The position numbers and the translations under genes are program-made. Shown here piece after piece: positions 9,705-19,286 of a stretch of DNA of 64,000 bases. This stretch comes from Pseudoxanthomonas sp. (GTDB lineage: Bacteria > Pseudomonadota > Gammaproteobacteria > Xanthomonadales > Xanthomonadaceae): positions 17,005 through 81,004 of the forward strand of contig JANJUE010000123.1 of assembly GCA_024710765.1 (NCBI GenBank), given 5' to 3'. Every line of letters begins with the position of its first letter. Position 1 is the stretch's first letter. Below the pieces are notes generated by a model. It was not told where the DNA came from. It ran no database searches and worked only from the letters and a program-made list of their open reading frames with translations.

Positions 9705-10714
9705 AGATCCTGGTCACCGGTGGCGGTGGATTCCTGGGGCAGGCCCTTTGCCGGGGACTGGTGGAGCGGGGCCATCACGTTGTCAGTTTCAATCGTGGCC
9801 ACTATCCGGCGCTGGCCGCGCTCGGCGTCGGCCAGGTGCAGGGCGATCTGGCCGATGCGCACGCGGTGATGCATGCCGCCGCCGGTGCCGACGCGATCTT
9901 CCACAACGCCGCCAAGGCGGGCGCGTGGGGTGCCTACAGGCTCTACCACCAGGCCAACGTGGTCGGCACCGAAAACGTGCTGGCCGCCTGCCGCCAGCAC
10001 GGCATCCCGCGGCTGATCTATACCTCCACGCCCAGCGTGACCCACCGGGCCACGCACCCGGTCGAAGGCGGCACCGCCGACAGCGTGCCCTACGGAGAGG
10101 GTTTCAAGGCGCCGTACGCGACCACCAAGCTGATCGCCGAAAAAGCGGTGCTGGCCGCGAACGGCCCCGGACTGGCGACCGTGGCCCTGCGTCCGCGCCT
10201 GATCTGGGGGCCGGGCGATCAGCAGATCCTGCCGCGGCTGGTGGAACGCGCCAAAACCGGCCGCCTGCGCATCGTCGGCGATGGCGACAACCGGGTGGAC
10301 ACCACCTACATCGACAACGCCGCGCAGGCGCATTTCGACGCCTTCGAGCACCTGGCCCCCGGCGCGCGCTGTGCCGGCAAGGCCTACTTCATCTCCAACG
10401 GCGAACCCAAACCCATGGGCGAACTGTTGAACACCCTGTTGGCCGCGGCGGGCGCTCCCGCCGTTGACCGGCACCTGTCGTTCAAGGCGGCCTATCGCAT
10501 CGGCGCCCTCTGCGAAGCCTTGTGGACGGTACTGCCGCTGAAGGGCGAACCGCCGATGACCCGCTTCCTGGCCGAACAGCTCAGCACCACCCACTGGTAC
10601 GACATGACCCCGGCGCGCGAGGACTTCGGCTACGTGCCGAGGGTGTCCTTTAACGAAGGCATCACCCGGCTGAAGTCGTCACTCCGCGACAACGCCGCCG
10701 TCACCTCTCCGTGA
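9701..10714 (+). CDS. oleD: OleD, NAD(P)H-dependent 2-alkyl-3-ketoalkanoate reductase (3-beta-HSD/epimerase family)
   Basis: [16 protein letters not shown] Rossmann motif and YxxxK ([11 protein letters not shown]). The ATG at 9701 overlaps the oleC stop. The upstream part of track ORF 9344-10714 lies in another frame of oleC. Confidence 0.9.
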   Translation: MKILVTGGGGFLGQALCRGLVERGHHVVSFNRGHYPALAALGVGQVQGDLADAHAVMHAAAGADAIFHNAAKAGAWGAYRLYHQANVVGTENVLAACRQHGIPRLIYTSTPSVTHRATHPVEGGTADSVPYGEGFKAPYATTKLIAEKAVLAANGPGLATVALRPRLIWGPGDQQILPRLVERAKTGRLRIVGDGDNRVDTTYIDNAAQAHFDAFEHLAPGARCAGKAYFISNGEPKPMGELLNTLLAAAGAPAVDRHLSFKAAYRIGALCEALWTVLPLKGEPPMTRFLAEQLSTTHWYDMTPAREDFGYVPRVSFNEGITRLKSSLRDNAAVTSP

Positions 10715-10775
10715 CTCCGGGGCCTCCAGCATGGATACGCGCCGAATGGAGCGCGTCCATGTTTCAGGAGATCCC

Positions 10776-10934
10776 ATGCTGCGCTATGCCGTCATCTTCT
10801 TCGTCATCGCACTGATCGCGGCGGTACTGGGCTTCAGCGGCATCGCCGGCGCTGCCAGCAACATTGCCTGGATCCTGTTCGTCGTCTTCCTGATCCTGGC
10901 CATCATTTCGCTGTTCCGCGGCAGGAGCGTATAG
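10776..10934 (+). CDS. DUF1328 (UPF0391/YtjA-like) small membrane protein
   Basis: [27 protein letters not shown] is the hallmark N-terminus. CAGGAG RBS upstream of the ATG at 10776. Confidence 0.85.
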   Translation: MLRYAVIFFVIALIAAVLGFSGIAGAASNIAWILFVVFLILAIISLFRGRSV

Positions 10935-10995
10935 CGCGGAGACGCCGTGGGCGCGGCTGGCGCTGCGGGGCGAGGCGTATGGGTAGAATGGCGGC

Positions 10996-11637
10996 ATGTC
11001 CGCCTCTCCCTTCGACCTGCTGAAGCCCTTCGCCGGCCGCGCGCTGGAAGTCGCGCTCAACCGCGCGCTGACCCTGGATCCCGATACCCGCGCCGGGCTG
11101 GCGCCGCTGGAAGGACGGCGCGTGGCGCTGGCGCTGGAGTCGCCCGCGGTGGCGATGGAAATCCGGGTCGGCGGTGGCGAATTGCAGGTCGGCCCGGTAC
11201 ACGAAGTGCACGAGCCGGATCTGTCCGTGCGCGCCACCTTGGGGAGCGTGCTGTCGCAATTGCCGTTCCTGCGCCGTGATGACGCCGCGCCGGTCGGACG
11301 CATGCGCATTTCCGGCGATGCGGATCTGGCGCGCCGCCTGCAGACCCTGGCCGAGCGCTTCGATCCGGACTGGCAACAACCGTTCACCGCGGCCTTCGGT
11401 GAAGTCCTGGGCGTGCAGATCGCCAACGCGCTGCGGGCGGGTTTGCGCCAGGCCCGCGTGGTCGCGCGCGGATTCGCCGAGAACACCGCCGAATACCTCA
11501 CCGAGGAATCGCGCGACGTGGTCGCGCGCGCCGAGCTCAACGCCTTCCATGATGACGTCGATGCATTGCGCGACGATGTCGAACGCCTGGCCGCGCGCGT
11601 GCAGCGGCTGGCCGCCAGGCGCGGGAGCGCCGCATGA
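10996..11637 (+). CDS. ubiJ: Ubiquinone biosynthesis accessory factor UbiJ (SCP2 domain)
   Basis: About 210 aa with an SCP2-like N-terminal half, directly upstream of ubiB and translationally coupled to it (ATGA). Confidence 0.8.
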   Translation: MSASPFDLLKPFAGRALEVALNRALTLDPDTRAGLAPLEGRRVALALESPAVAMEIRVGGGELQVGPVHEVHEPDLSVRATLGSVLSQLPFLRRDDAAPVGRMRISGDADLARRLQTLAERFDPDWQQPFTAAFGEVLGVQIANALRAGLRQARVVARGFAENTAEYLTEESRDVVARAELNAFHDDVDALRDDVERLAARVQRLAARRGSAA

Positions 11638-13292
11638 GGCCGGTGTTGCGGGCCAGCAAGATCGGCCGGGTCCTGCTGCGCTATCGACTGGATGATCTGC
11701 TCGACGACACGCCGGCCGAACGCTGGCTGAAACTGGCGCGCCCGTTCGTGCCGCGCGCCTCGGCCGAGATCGCCTCGCAGCCGCGCGGCGCGCGCCTGCG
11801 CCTGGCGTTGCAGGAACTGGGACCGATCTTCGTCAAGTTCGGCCAGATCCTGTCCACCCGCCGCGATCTCGTCCCGCCCGACGTGGCCGAGGAATTGGCG
11901 CTGTTGCAGGACCGCGTCCAGCCCTTCGACGGCGACGCCGCGCGCGTGATCGTCGAGCAGGCGCTCGGGCGCCCGGTCGGCGAGGCCTTCGCCGCGTTCG
12001 ACACCTCGCCGCTGGCGTCGGCCTCCATCGCCCAGGTGCATGCGGCGACCTTGCCGGGCGGGCGCGAAGTGGTGGTCAAGGTGTTGCGGCCGGGCATCGA
12101 GAAGCAGATCGCCGCCGACATCGCGTTGCTGAAATCGGTGGCGGCGCTGGTCGAGCGTGCCCATCCCAGCGCCGACAAGATCCGTCCGCGCGAAATCGTC
12201 GCCGAGATCGAGTCGACCCTGGCCGCCGAACTGGACCTGCAGCGCGAGGGTGCCAACGCCAGCGTGATGCGACGTTTCTGGAAGGATTCGGACGATCTGT
12301 ACGTGCCGGAAATCCTGTGGTCGCACACCAGCGAACGCGTGCTGACCATGGAGCGCGTGCATGGCATTCCTTCCGACGACATCGCCGCGCTGGACGCGGC
12401 GGGCGTGGATCGGCGCGCGCTGGCCGCCAAGGGCGTGCGGGTGTTCTACACCCAGGTGTTCCGCGACAACTTCTTCCACGCCGACGCGCATGCCGGCAAC
12501 ATCTGGGTCGACAGCGATCCGGCCCGCAAGGCCAACCCGCGCTTCATCGCCCTGGACTTCGGCATCACCGGCCAACTCTCGCCGGAAGACCAGTACTACC
12601 TGGCCGAGAATTTCATGGCCATCTTCAACAAGGACTACCGGCGCATCGCCGAGCTCCATGTCGAAGCGGGCTGGATGCCGGCGACCGTGCGCATCGACGA
12701 ACTGGAAGCCGCGGCACGCGCGGTATGCGAACCCTATTTCACCCGGCCACTGTCGGAAATCTCGTTGGCCGAGGTGCTGCTCAAGTTGTTCCGCACCGCG
12801 CAGAAGTACGAACTGACCCTGCAGCCGCAGTTGATCCTGTTGCAGAAGACCCTGCTCAACATCGAGGGTGTCGGCCGGCAGATGGATCCGCACCTGGATA
12901 TCTGGGCGGTGGCGCGACCGGTGCTGGAAAAGATCCTGCTGGAACGCTACAGCCCGCAGCGCGCGGTGCAGGAATTCCGCAAGCGCCTGCCGGAAATCAT
13001 GACCCATGCGCCGGACATGCCGCGACTGGTGCACGCCTGGCTGACCCAGCAGGTCGAAGGCAAGCACGAACTGGCGATGCGCTCGCGCGATCTGGCCGAT
13101 CTGGCCACCACCCTGCGCGGCATGCAACGCCGCATCGTGGCGGCGATCCTCGGCGTGGGCCTGTTGCTGGTGGCGGCGGTACTGTACGGCCTGGACGCCG
13201 GCGGACCGCGCATCCTGTCGGTGCCCGCCTCGGCGTGGATCGCCGGCATCGGCGGCTTGTGGGCGCTGCTCGCGGCTTGGCCGCGGCGGTGA
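11634..13292 (+). CDS. ubiB: Ubiquinone biosynthesis protein kinase-like UbiB (ABC1/AarF family)
   Basis: [23 protein letters not shown] and an ABC1 kinase-like core. C-terminal TM helices. 552 aa. Confidence 0.93.
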   Translation: MRPVLRASKIGRVLLRYRLDDLLDDTPAERWLKLARPFVPRASAEIASQPRGARLRLALQELGPIFVKFGQILSTRRDLVPPDVAEELALLQDRVQPFDGDAARVIVEQALGRPVGEAFAAFDTSPLASASIAQVHAATLPGGREVVVKVLRPGIEKQIAADIALLKSVAALVERAHPSADKIRPREIVAEIESTLAAELDLQREGANASVMRRFWKDSDDLYVPEILWSHTSERVLTMERVHGIPSDDIAALDAAGVDRRALAAKGVRVFYTQVFRDNFFHADAHAGNIWVDSDPARKANPRFIALDFGITGQLSPEDQYYLAENFMAIFNKDYRRIAELHVEAGWMPATVRIDELEAAARAVCEPYFTRPLSEISLAEVLLKLFRTAQKYELTLQPQLILLQKTLLNIEGVGRQMDPHLDIWAVARPVLEKILLERYSPQRAVQEFRKRLPEIMTHAPDMPRLVHAWLTQQVEGKHELAMRSRDLADLATTLRGMQRRIVAAILGVGLLLVAAVLYGLDAGGPRILSVPASAWIAGIGGLWALLAAWPRR

Positions 13293-13307
13293 TCGGAACC
13301 TGCTCCC

Positions 13308-13370
13308 GTAGGAGCGACATGAGTCGCGACCGGATACCCGCCGCGCTTTCGCGACTCACGTCGCTCCTAC
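13308..13370. repeat. Inverted pair of GTAG-type repetitive extragenic palindromes (SMAG-like REP dimer)
   Basis: GTAGGAGCGACATGAGTCGCG (13308-13328) and its near-perfect reverse complement CGCGACTCACGTCGCTCCTAC (13350-13370), 20/21 complementary. Each arm is itself a GCGAC-n4-GTCGC hairpin. It lies between ubiB and amiD. Confidence 0.8.
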
Positions 13371-13413
13371 AGTGACCCCATGACGATCTTGGCAATCAGC
13401 GAGTGATGACCCG

Positions 13414-14163
13414 ATGCGGAAACCGGTATTCCTGAAATCATTGCTGGCGTTGACGGTCCTGGCGCTTGGCGCCTGCACGCACCTGCCGAAACAGGAACAC
13501 AATCCACTCGCGCAATGGGCGCCCTCGCCCAACCACGAGGCGCGCAGGCCGATCCTGATCGTCATCCATGCCACCGAGCAGAATTCGGTGGCCGAGAGCC
13601 TGGAGACCCTGCGGACGGAGAACTCCGGCGGGCCGGTGAGCGCGCATTACCTGATTGGCCGCGACGGCGAACGCTACCAATTGGTTGCCGATGAACTGCG
13701 CGCCTGGCACGCGGGCGGTGGGCGCTGGGGCACGATCACCGACGTCAACAACGTTTCGATCGGCATCGAACTCGACAACGATGGGCGATCCGAGTTTCCC
13801 CCGGCGCAGATCGACAGTCTGATCGTGCTGCTGGAGGATCTGTGCGAGCGGCTGTATATCCCGCGCACCCAGATCGTCGCGCACGCCGACTTCGCGCCCA
13901 CCCGCAAGCAGGATCCCGGCACGCGCTTTCCCTGGCAGCGATTGGCGCAGGCGGGATTCGGCATCTGGCCGGCCACCGACGCGCCGCCGGCGCCCGCCGG
14001 TTTCGATCCCTGGAACGCGCTGCGTCTGCTCGGCTACCCGCTGGTCGACCGCGCCGCCACGGTGCGCGCGTTCCACCGCCGCTTCCGTGGCACCGAGACC
14101 GACGTGCTGGACGCCGAAGACCTGCGCATCCTGGCCTCGCTGGTCCAGCAAGCCGGCAACTAG
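13414..14163 (+). CDS. amiD: N-acetylmuramoyl-L-alanine amidase lipoprotein (Amidase_2, AmiD/AmpD family)
   Basis: Lipobox LALGAC. Amidase_2 signatures IHATEQ..., SAHYLIGRDGERYQLV, RAWHAG, NNVSIGIELDN. Confidence 0.85.
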   Translation: MRKPVFLKSLLALTVLALGACTHLPKQEHNPLAQWAPSPNHEARRPILIVIHATEQNSVAESLETLRTENSGGPVSAHYLIGRDGERYQLVADELRAWHAGGGRWGTITDVNNVSIGIELDNDGRSEFPPAQIDSLIVLLEDLCERLYIPRTQIVAHADFAPTRKQDPGTRFPWQRLAQAGFGIWPATDAPPAPAGFDPWNALRLLGYPLVDRAATVRAFHRRFRGTETDVLDAEDLRILASLVQQAGN

Positions 14164-14173
14164 GACGCCCGGC

Positions 14174-15361
14174 CTAGCGGCCCGACAGGCCGTAGGCGAC
14201 CGGCGAAGCGTCCTCGAAGGGCAGCCCAGGCAGGGGCGTCAGGGTTTGGCCGTCCAGGCGGAACCGATGCACGCGATGATCGTTCATGCTCTGCGCGAAT
14301 ATCGTGCGCGCATCGTCGAGGAAACCGACGCCCTGCGCCCAGCCGCCGAACTCGACGTCCGCCACCGGTCGCAGCCGTCCCGATTCGATGGCCAGCACCG
14401 CCAGCCGGCTGTGCGCCGAATGCAGCGGGTGCGAGCGCGCCACGGTGCTCATGTTCTGCAGCGCCGCCGCCGCGTGGCGGCCGTCCGGGGCGCAGGCCAC
14501 GCCTTCCGGTGAAACACCGACCGAGGCGGTATCGATGACCCGGGGCAGTGCGCCGCGCGTATCGATCAGGCTGATGGTGTCGATATCGCCGGTCACCTTG
14601 CCGTAGTTCGCGACCACCGCCAGTCCCGTGTCGCCGCAGAACGACAACGCGGTCGGGCCGATGCCTGCGCTCATTTCATGCACGGCGGGCAGCACCGGGC
14701 GCCCCTCGGCCACCGACAGCCAGGCAATCCTGCCGCTGCCGGGCAGGCTCAGCAGCGCGTGCGCGCCATCGGCGCTGAAACCGGCGGCGATCGGTGCGCT
14801 GCCCGCCTCGAAGCGGACCACATCGACCACCTCCCAGCGTTCCGCACGCTTTTCCAGCACGCTGACGCTGTCGGCGCCGGTATGCGGCACCCAGGCATGG
14901 CGTCCATCCGGATGCAGGGCGACCGAAGAAGGCGCGGCCGCCAGGGTCAAGGTCTGGGCCACGCGAATGGGCGTCGTCGACAGATCGATCACCGCCATGG
15001 TGAGGTTGGTGGTGAACGCTTCGGCACGCCCGGGATCGGGACGGGTGAAGGCGGTGACCAGCGTCTCGCGGCGATCCCGGCTGATCGCGACGCTGGAAGG
15101 CGGGCCCTGGAAGCTGACGGGCACGGCCACTTCGCCGAGCGGCCGCCACGGCGAGGTGGCGGTGTCGTAGAACGCCACCCGATCCGGCGCCGGTGTTTTC
15201 AGGATCTCCACCTCGCCATCGACCATCCTGCTCTTGCCGTCCAGGGCGATGCCCACGGTCTGGGCATGCAGCGTGCCCAAGGGGAGCAGGCAGGCCATGA
15301 GCAGTCCGAAACGCACGATGCAGCCAGGCACGGTACGGCGACGCGACAAGCGATGAAGCAT
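14174..15361 (-). CDS. Exported beta-propeller protein (YncE/lactonase-like repeats)
   Basis: Signal peptide (LLMACLLPLGTLHAQ) followed by repeated blade-like segments (PSSVALHPDGRHAWV, PIAAGFSADGAHALL, PEGVACAPDGRHAAA). Start set at the ATG at 15361. Confidence 0.7.
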   Translation of the reverse strand: MLHRLSRRRTVPGCIVRFGLLMACLLPLGTLHAQTVGIALDGKSRMVDGEVEILKTPAPDRVAFYDTATSPWRPLGEVAVPVSFQGPPSSVAISRDRRETLVTAFTRPDPGRAEAFTTNLTMAVIDLSTTPIRVAQTLTLAAAPSSVALHPDGRHAWVPHTGADSVSVLEKRAERWEVVDVVRFEAGSAPIAAGFSADGAHALLSLPGSGRIAWLSVAEGRPVLPAVHEMSAGIGPTALSFCGDTGLAVVANYGKVTGDIDTISLIDTRGALPRVIDTASVGVSPEGVACAPDGRHAAAALQNMSTVARSHPLHSAHSRLAVLAIESGRLRPVADVEFGGWAQGVGFLDDARTIFAQSMNDHRVHRFRLDGQTLTPLPGLPFEDASPVAYGLSGR

Positions 15362-15485
15362 GGACACGTTCCCGAAGCGGACGAGTTGCGGATCCTAAGG
15401 GCATCCGCGCGGCCTCCGTGTTCAGCGGGCGTGACGGCGACTTTCATGAACGTCGGCAGGCCGGAGGCGTGACGGTGGATGGCGA

Positions 15486-15502
15486 CTTAAAGCCCTTTTA
15501 AT
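15486..15502 (+). promoter_or_regulatory. Candidate OmpR/PhoB-family (PmrA-box-like) direct repeat CTTAAA-gccct-TTTAAT
   Basis: AT-rich 17-mer in a GC-rich intergenic region, 56 bp upstream of the GNAT ATG. 14/17 identical to 19287-19303. Hexamers are spaced 11 bp apart. Confidence 0.4.
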
Positions 15503-15557
15503 GCGGCCGGCGCAGCATGCCCCGCGACGCAATGCATGCCCCCGCCCGAGGAAACCC

Positions 15558-16082
15558 ATGAACCTGTTCCCCGCACTCGTGCCGCGCACCCGCGTATCCC
15601 CTCCGCTGTTCCAGGTACCTCCAGGCCCGGTCGTCACCCGGGTATCCCGCCAGGACGTCGATGTGCTGATGGCCCTGTGCGACCTGCACGGCCAGGCCGC
15701 CCAGCAGGCGGTGAGCGACATCGACGCGCAGGGCGGCATGCTCGAACTGATGGAAGCGCTGTTCGATCCGCCACTGCGCGCCTGGGCCTGGATCGCGCGC
15801 GAACGCGGTACCGCGATGGGCTATGCCGCCGCGACGATCGGCTACTCGCTGCTGGAGCGCGGTTACTACCTGCGGCTGGAATCGCTGTACGTGGATCCCG
15901 CCCATCGTGGCCGGGATGTCGAGGCGCATCTGCTGGCGTCGGTCCGCGGCGTCGCCGCACAGATGGGCTGCATCGCCGTGCATTGGCAACGCGGTGCGCA
16001 CCTGTCGCTGCTGCATGTCGAGGGCGCCCATGTCGACGCCGGCGGCAACGGCGCGCTTCGCCTGGCGACTCCGCTCGCGTGA
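15558..16082 (+). CDS. GNAT-family acyl/acetyltransferase
   Basis: GNAT core YLRLESLYVDPAHRGRDVEAHLL. GAGGAAA RBS before the ATG at 15558. The stop overlaps the next start (TGATG). Confidence 0.75.
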   Translation: MNLFPALVPRTRVSPPLFQVPPGPVVTRVSRQDVDVLMALCDLHGQAAQQAVSDIDAQGGMLELMEALFDPPLRAWAWIARERGTAMGYAAATIGYSLLERGYYLRLESLYVDPAHRGRDVEAHLLASVRGVAAQMGCIAVHWQRGAHLSLLHVEGAHVDAGGNGALRLATPLA

Positions 16083-17194
16083 TGGGCCGCAGGCGCCGCC
16101 GCTCCTCCCCCCGGCGGCGCCTCGGCCGGCGCTTCGCCACCTTTTTCCTGATCCTGATCGTCGGAACGCTCTACATGTCCTTGTCCGCCTGCAGCACCGT
16201 CCCCTATCCACAGTCACCGCAGTACCGCGAAAGCGCCTTCCGCAATCCGGTCGAGCCGCGCCAGCCCGCCACCCGCGAAATGCCCGGTTTGTGGTGGCGT
16301 TTCATGTTCGGGAAATCCGATCGCACCGTGCCGCCGGACGCGCCGCCTATCCGTCGCATCACCCGCGCCGAACTGGATGCGGCCGCCGACGGCACGCTCT
16401 ACCGCATCGGCCACTCGACCCTCCTGCTGAAGCTCGAAGGCGGCTACTGGCTCACCGACCCGGTGTTCTCCGAGCGCGCTTCGCCGGTGCAGTGGGCGGG
16501 ACCCAAACGCTTCCACGCGCCGGCCATCGCGCTGGCCGATCTGCCGCCGATCGCCGGTGTGATCCTGTCGCACGATCACTACGATCACCTCGACAAGGCC
16601 AGCATCCGCGCGCTGGCCGGTCGCGCTGAGCGCTTCATCACTCCGCTGGGCGTGGGCGATCTGCTGGCGCGCTGGGGCGTGCCGAAGGAAAAGATTACCC
16701 AGCTCGACTGGTGGCAGTCGGTGCGGGCCGGCGGCCTGCACCTCACCGCCACTCCCGCGCAGCATTTCTCCGGCCGCGCGCCCTTCCAGAAGAATCCCAC
16801 CCTGTGGGCGTCGTGGGTCATCGAGACGCCGCGGCAGCGGATCTTCTTCAGCGGCGACACCGGCTATTTCGCCGGCTTCCGCGAGATCGGCGATCGGTTC
16901 GGGCCCTTCGATCTGACCCTGCTCGAATGCGGCGCCTACGACCCGCTCTGGGAAGGCGTGCACATGCTGCCGGAGCAGAGCGTGCAGGCGCACCTGGACC
17001 TGCGCGGCCGCTGGATGATGCCGATCCACAACGGCACCTTCGATCTCGCCTTCCACGACTGGAACGCGCCGATGGAAGCGGTCAGCGGCATCGCCGCCGC
17101 GCGCGGCGTGGCGATGAGCACGCCGATGATCGGCCAGCCGGTGTCGATTGCCGCGCCACAGCCGTTCACGCCGTGGTGGCGGTTGCCGCGCTGA
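16082..17194 (+). CDS. MBL-fold metallo-hydrolase lipoprotein, NAPE-PLD (N-acyl-phosphatidylethanolamine phospholipase D) family
   Basis: LTDPVFSERASPVQWAGPKRFHAPAIALADLPPIAGVILSHDHYDHLD aligns closely with my recollection of mammalian NAPE-PLD ([21 protein letters not shown]...LPPIDAVLISHNHYDHLD). Also FFSGDTGY and GPFDL. N-terminus has a TM segment plus an LSAC lipobox. Confidence 0.85.
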   Translation: MGRRRRRSSPRRRLGRRFATFFLILIVGTLYMSLSACSTVPYPQSPQYRESAFRNPVEPRQPATREMPGLWWRFMFGKSDRTVPPDAPPIRRITRAELDAAADGTLYRIGHSTLLLKLEGGYWLTDPVFSERASPVQWAGPKRFHAPAIALADLPPIAGVILSHDHYDHLDKASIRALAGRAERFITPLGVGDLLARWGVPKEKITQLDWWQSVRAGGLHLTATPAQHFSGRAPFQKNPTLWASWVIETPRQRIFFSGDTGYFAGFREIGDRFGPFDLTLLECGAYDPLWEGVHMLPEQSVQAHLDLRGRWMMPIHNGTFDLAFHDWNAPMEAVSGIAAARGVAMSTPMIGQPVSIAAPQPFTPWWRLPR

Positions 17195-17200
17195 AGATGA

Positions 17201-18580
17201 TCAGCGATCCGGGAAGCGCACCCGGATCGACAGGCCGCGTCCATCCAGGCCGTCGTCCACGGTGACTTCCGCGCCGTAGGCCTGGGCGATGCGCCGGACC
17301 AGCGACAGGCCGATGCCGCTGCCGCGCTCGCCATTGCCGTTGCTGCCGCGGAAGAAGCGGTCGAAGATCTGCTCGCGCTCTTCCCGCGGCACGCCGGGAC
17401 CATTGTCGGTCACGGTCAGCACCGCGCCGGTGTCGTCCGGGTCGCGGCCGCAGGCGACCACGACCCGGCCGCCTTCGCCGCTGTAGCGGATGGCGTTGTC
17501 GATCAGGTTGCGCACCAGCACGCCGAGGTCATCCAGATCGCCGGACACCGGCGCGACCGCGGTGTTGAGGACGATGGTCTGCTGCCGACGCGAAGCCATG
17601 ACCTCGAATTCGCGCACCACCATCGTGACCACGTCGGCCAGTTCGACCGTCGCGTGCTCGTGGCGCCGTTGCGAGGCGTCGATGCGCGCCGAATCGAGCA
17701 GCTGTTGCGCCAGCCGGGAGGTGCGTTCGATGCCGTGCGCGAGTTGGCCCAGCGCCTGCCGCGCATCGGCTTCGCTGCCGGCGCGCAGGGCCACCTGGGT
17801 CTGGGTCTGCAGCGCGGCCAGGGGCGTGCGCAGTTCATGCGCCGCGTCGGCCAGGAACTGGCGCTCGCCCTGCATGGCCTCGGCCAGTCGCGCCAGCAGG
17901 CCGTTGAAGGAATCCATCAGGGGCAGGATTTCACGTGGAATGCCAGCGGTGGGCAGCGGCGCCAGGTCCAGCGCGTCGCGCTGCGACATCTGATCACGCA
18001 GGCGATTCACCGGCCGCAGGCTCCAGCGGATGGCGGTCCAGATCGCCAGGGCCAGGCCCACCATCAACGCCACCGCCGACAGCAGGGTGATCTTCACCCA
18101 CCACGCCAGTTCGGCGCGCAGCTGCTTGCGCGACATGCCGACCTGCACCTGCACCCGCCCGCTGGCATCGGTGACGGCGTAGACACGCCAGTCGTCGCCG
18201 GCGGTGCGGGTGTTGGCCAGGCCGGTCCGGAAGCTGGGCTGCAACGGCGTCTTCGGCGCGCCGTTCGACGAGACGATGCTCTCGCGGCGTTGCAGGCTCC
18301 AGACCTGGAAGCGGATCTTGTCGAACTTGTAATTGGGCTGGGCGGGCAGATCCGCCGGCAGTTGCAGGCGCGAACGGCCGCCGACGGTGTCCACGTCGCT
18401 CGGCATCGACATCAGGATCTGCTGGCCGACCTCGCGCAGCGACTGATCCCAATGCCCGTTCTGCTGCCGCGAGACCTGCACGTACTGGCAGCCCAGCCAG
18501 ATCAGCCAGCCGATCAGGCTCACCCCCATCAGGGTGGCCAGCAGCTTGCCCTTGAGCGAATGATGGCGCCGCATGTTCAT
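17201..18580 (-). CDS. Sensor histidine kinase (QseC/PmrB-like)
   Basis: Two TM segments flank a periplasmic domain. H-box AHELRTPLAAL, N-box LIDNAIRYS, G2 GSGIGLSLV. The ATG overlaps the regulator stop (ATGA). Confidence 0.9.
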   Translation of the reverse strand: MNMRRHHSLKGKLLATLMGVSLIGWLIWLGCQYVQVSRQQNGHWDQSLREVGQQILMSMPSDVDTVGGRSRLQLPADLPAQPNYKFDKIRFQVWSLQRRESIVSSNGAPKTPLQPSFRTGLANTRTAGDDWRVYAVTDASGRVQVQVGMSRKQLRAELAWWVKITLLSAVALMVGLALAIWTAIRWSLRPVNRLRDQMSQRDALDLAPLPTAGIPREILPLMDSFNGLLARLAEAMQGERQFLADAAHELRTPLAALQTQTQVALRAGSEADARQALGQLAHGIERTSRLAQQLLDSARIDASQRRHEHATVELADVVTMVVREFEVMASRRQQTIVLNTAVAPVSGDLDDLGVLVRNLIDNAIRYSGEGGRVVVACGRDPDDTGAVLTVTDNGPGVPREEREQIFDRFFRGSNGNGERGSGIGLSLVRRIAQAYGAEVTVDDGLDGRGLSIRVRFPDR

Positions 18581-19242
18581 TCCACCTCGCCGATGCGATA
18601 GCCGAAGCCGTGCACGGTGGTGATGAAGTCCTCGCCGAGCTTGCGCCGCAGTTGGTGGATGTAGACGGCAATGGTGTTGCTCTCGATGGTGCCGTCGCCG
18701 CCATAGACCAGCGACTCCAGCGCGTCGCGCGCGACCACCCGGCCCTGGCGTTCCATCAGCGCCAGCAGGGTGCGGTACTCGTGCACGCCCAGCTTCACCG
18801 CCTGGCCACCCCGGGTGACCTGGCGTCCGGCTGGATCCAGGAGCACGTCGCGGTGGGACAGCACCGGCGCCACCCGGCCCAGGCTGCGGCGGACCACCGC
18901 ACGCAGGCGCGCACACAGTTCGTCGGTCTGGAACGGCTTGACGATGTAGTCGTCGGCGCCGGCGTCCAGGCCGCGCACGCGGTCGCTGAGTTGGTCACGG
19001 GCCGTGACGATCAGCACCGGGGTGGTGTCGTAGCGCTGGCGCAGCGCGTGCAGGACGTCCAGGCCCGAGCCGCGCGGCAATCCGAGGTCCAGCAGGACCG
19101 CGGCGAAGGCGTGATCGATCAAGGCGGTCTTGGCTGCGCCGGCGTCCTCGGCGCGCGCCACCTCCCAGCCGTCCTGGCGCAAAGCCGCCGCCACGGCGTC
19201 GCCGAGCATGCGGTCGTCTTCCACCAGCAGGATCGGGGTCAC
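18577..19242 (-). CDS. OmpR-family response regulator (QseB/PmrA/BasR subfamily)
   Basis: LLVEDD...VLLDLGLP...PVLIVTARD...GADDYIVKPF receiver domain. Winged-helix C-terminus SNTIAVYIHQLRRKLG...TVHGFGYRI. GTG start. Confidence 0.9.
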   Translation of the reverse strand: MTPILLVEDDRMLGDAVAAALRQDGWEVARAEDAGAAKTALIDHAFAAVLLDLGLPRGSGLDVLHALRQRYDTTPVLIVTARDQLSDRVRGLDAGADDYIVKPFQTDELCARLRAVVRRSLGRVAPVLSHRDVLLDPAGRQVTRGGQAVKLGVHEYRTLLALMERQGRVVARDALESLVYGGDGTIESNTIAVYIHQLRRKLGEDFITTVHGFGYRIGEVE

Positions 19243-19286
19243 GGCAACGGTCCGGGATTCAGGGGAGACGATGGTAAACGGCCCGC

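Noticed and set aside
10984-10998. TAGAAT hexamer ending 7 nt before the ubiJ ATG, suggesting a leaderless ubiJ mRNA
   Set aside because: I could find no acceptable -35 element 16-18 bp upstream. ubiJ may simply be co-transcribed with the upstream DUF1328 gene. The evidence is insufficient to call a promoter.
10764-13127. 787-aa ORF antisense to ubiJ/ubiB
   Set aside because: It has the same shadow-ORF composition (R/G/A-rich, no recognisable domains). The plus strand carries bona fide UbiJ/UbiB with family motifs and ATGA coupling.
15536-16081. N-terminal 182 codons of track ORF 15536-17194, with similar 5' extensions of ORFs 57638-59611, 9344-10714 and 28702-30345
   Set aside because: These extensions overlap well-supported upstream genes (GNAT, tsaD/folB, oleC, envC) in another frame and translate to Arg/Pro-rich nonsense. 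Internal ATGs, with overlap to the upstream stop or with RBS support, give proteins with proper N-termini.
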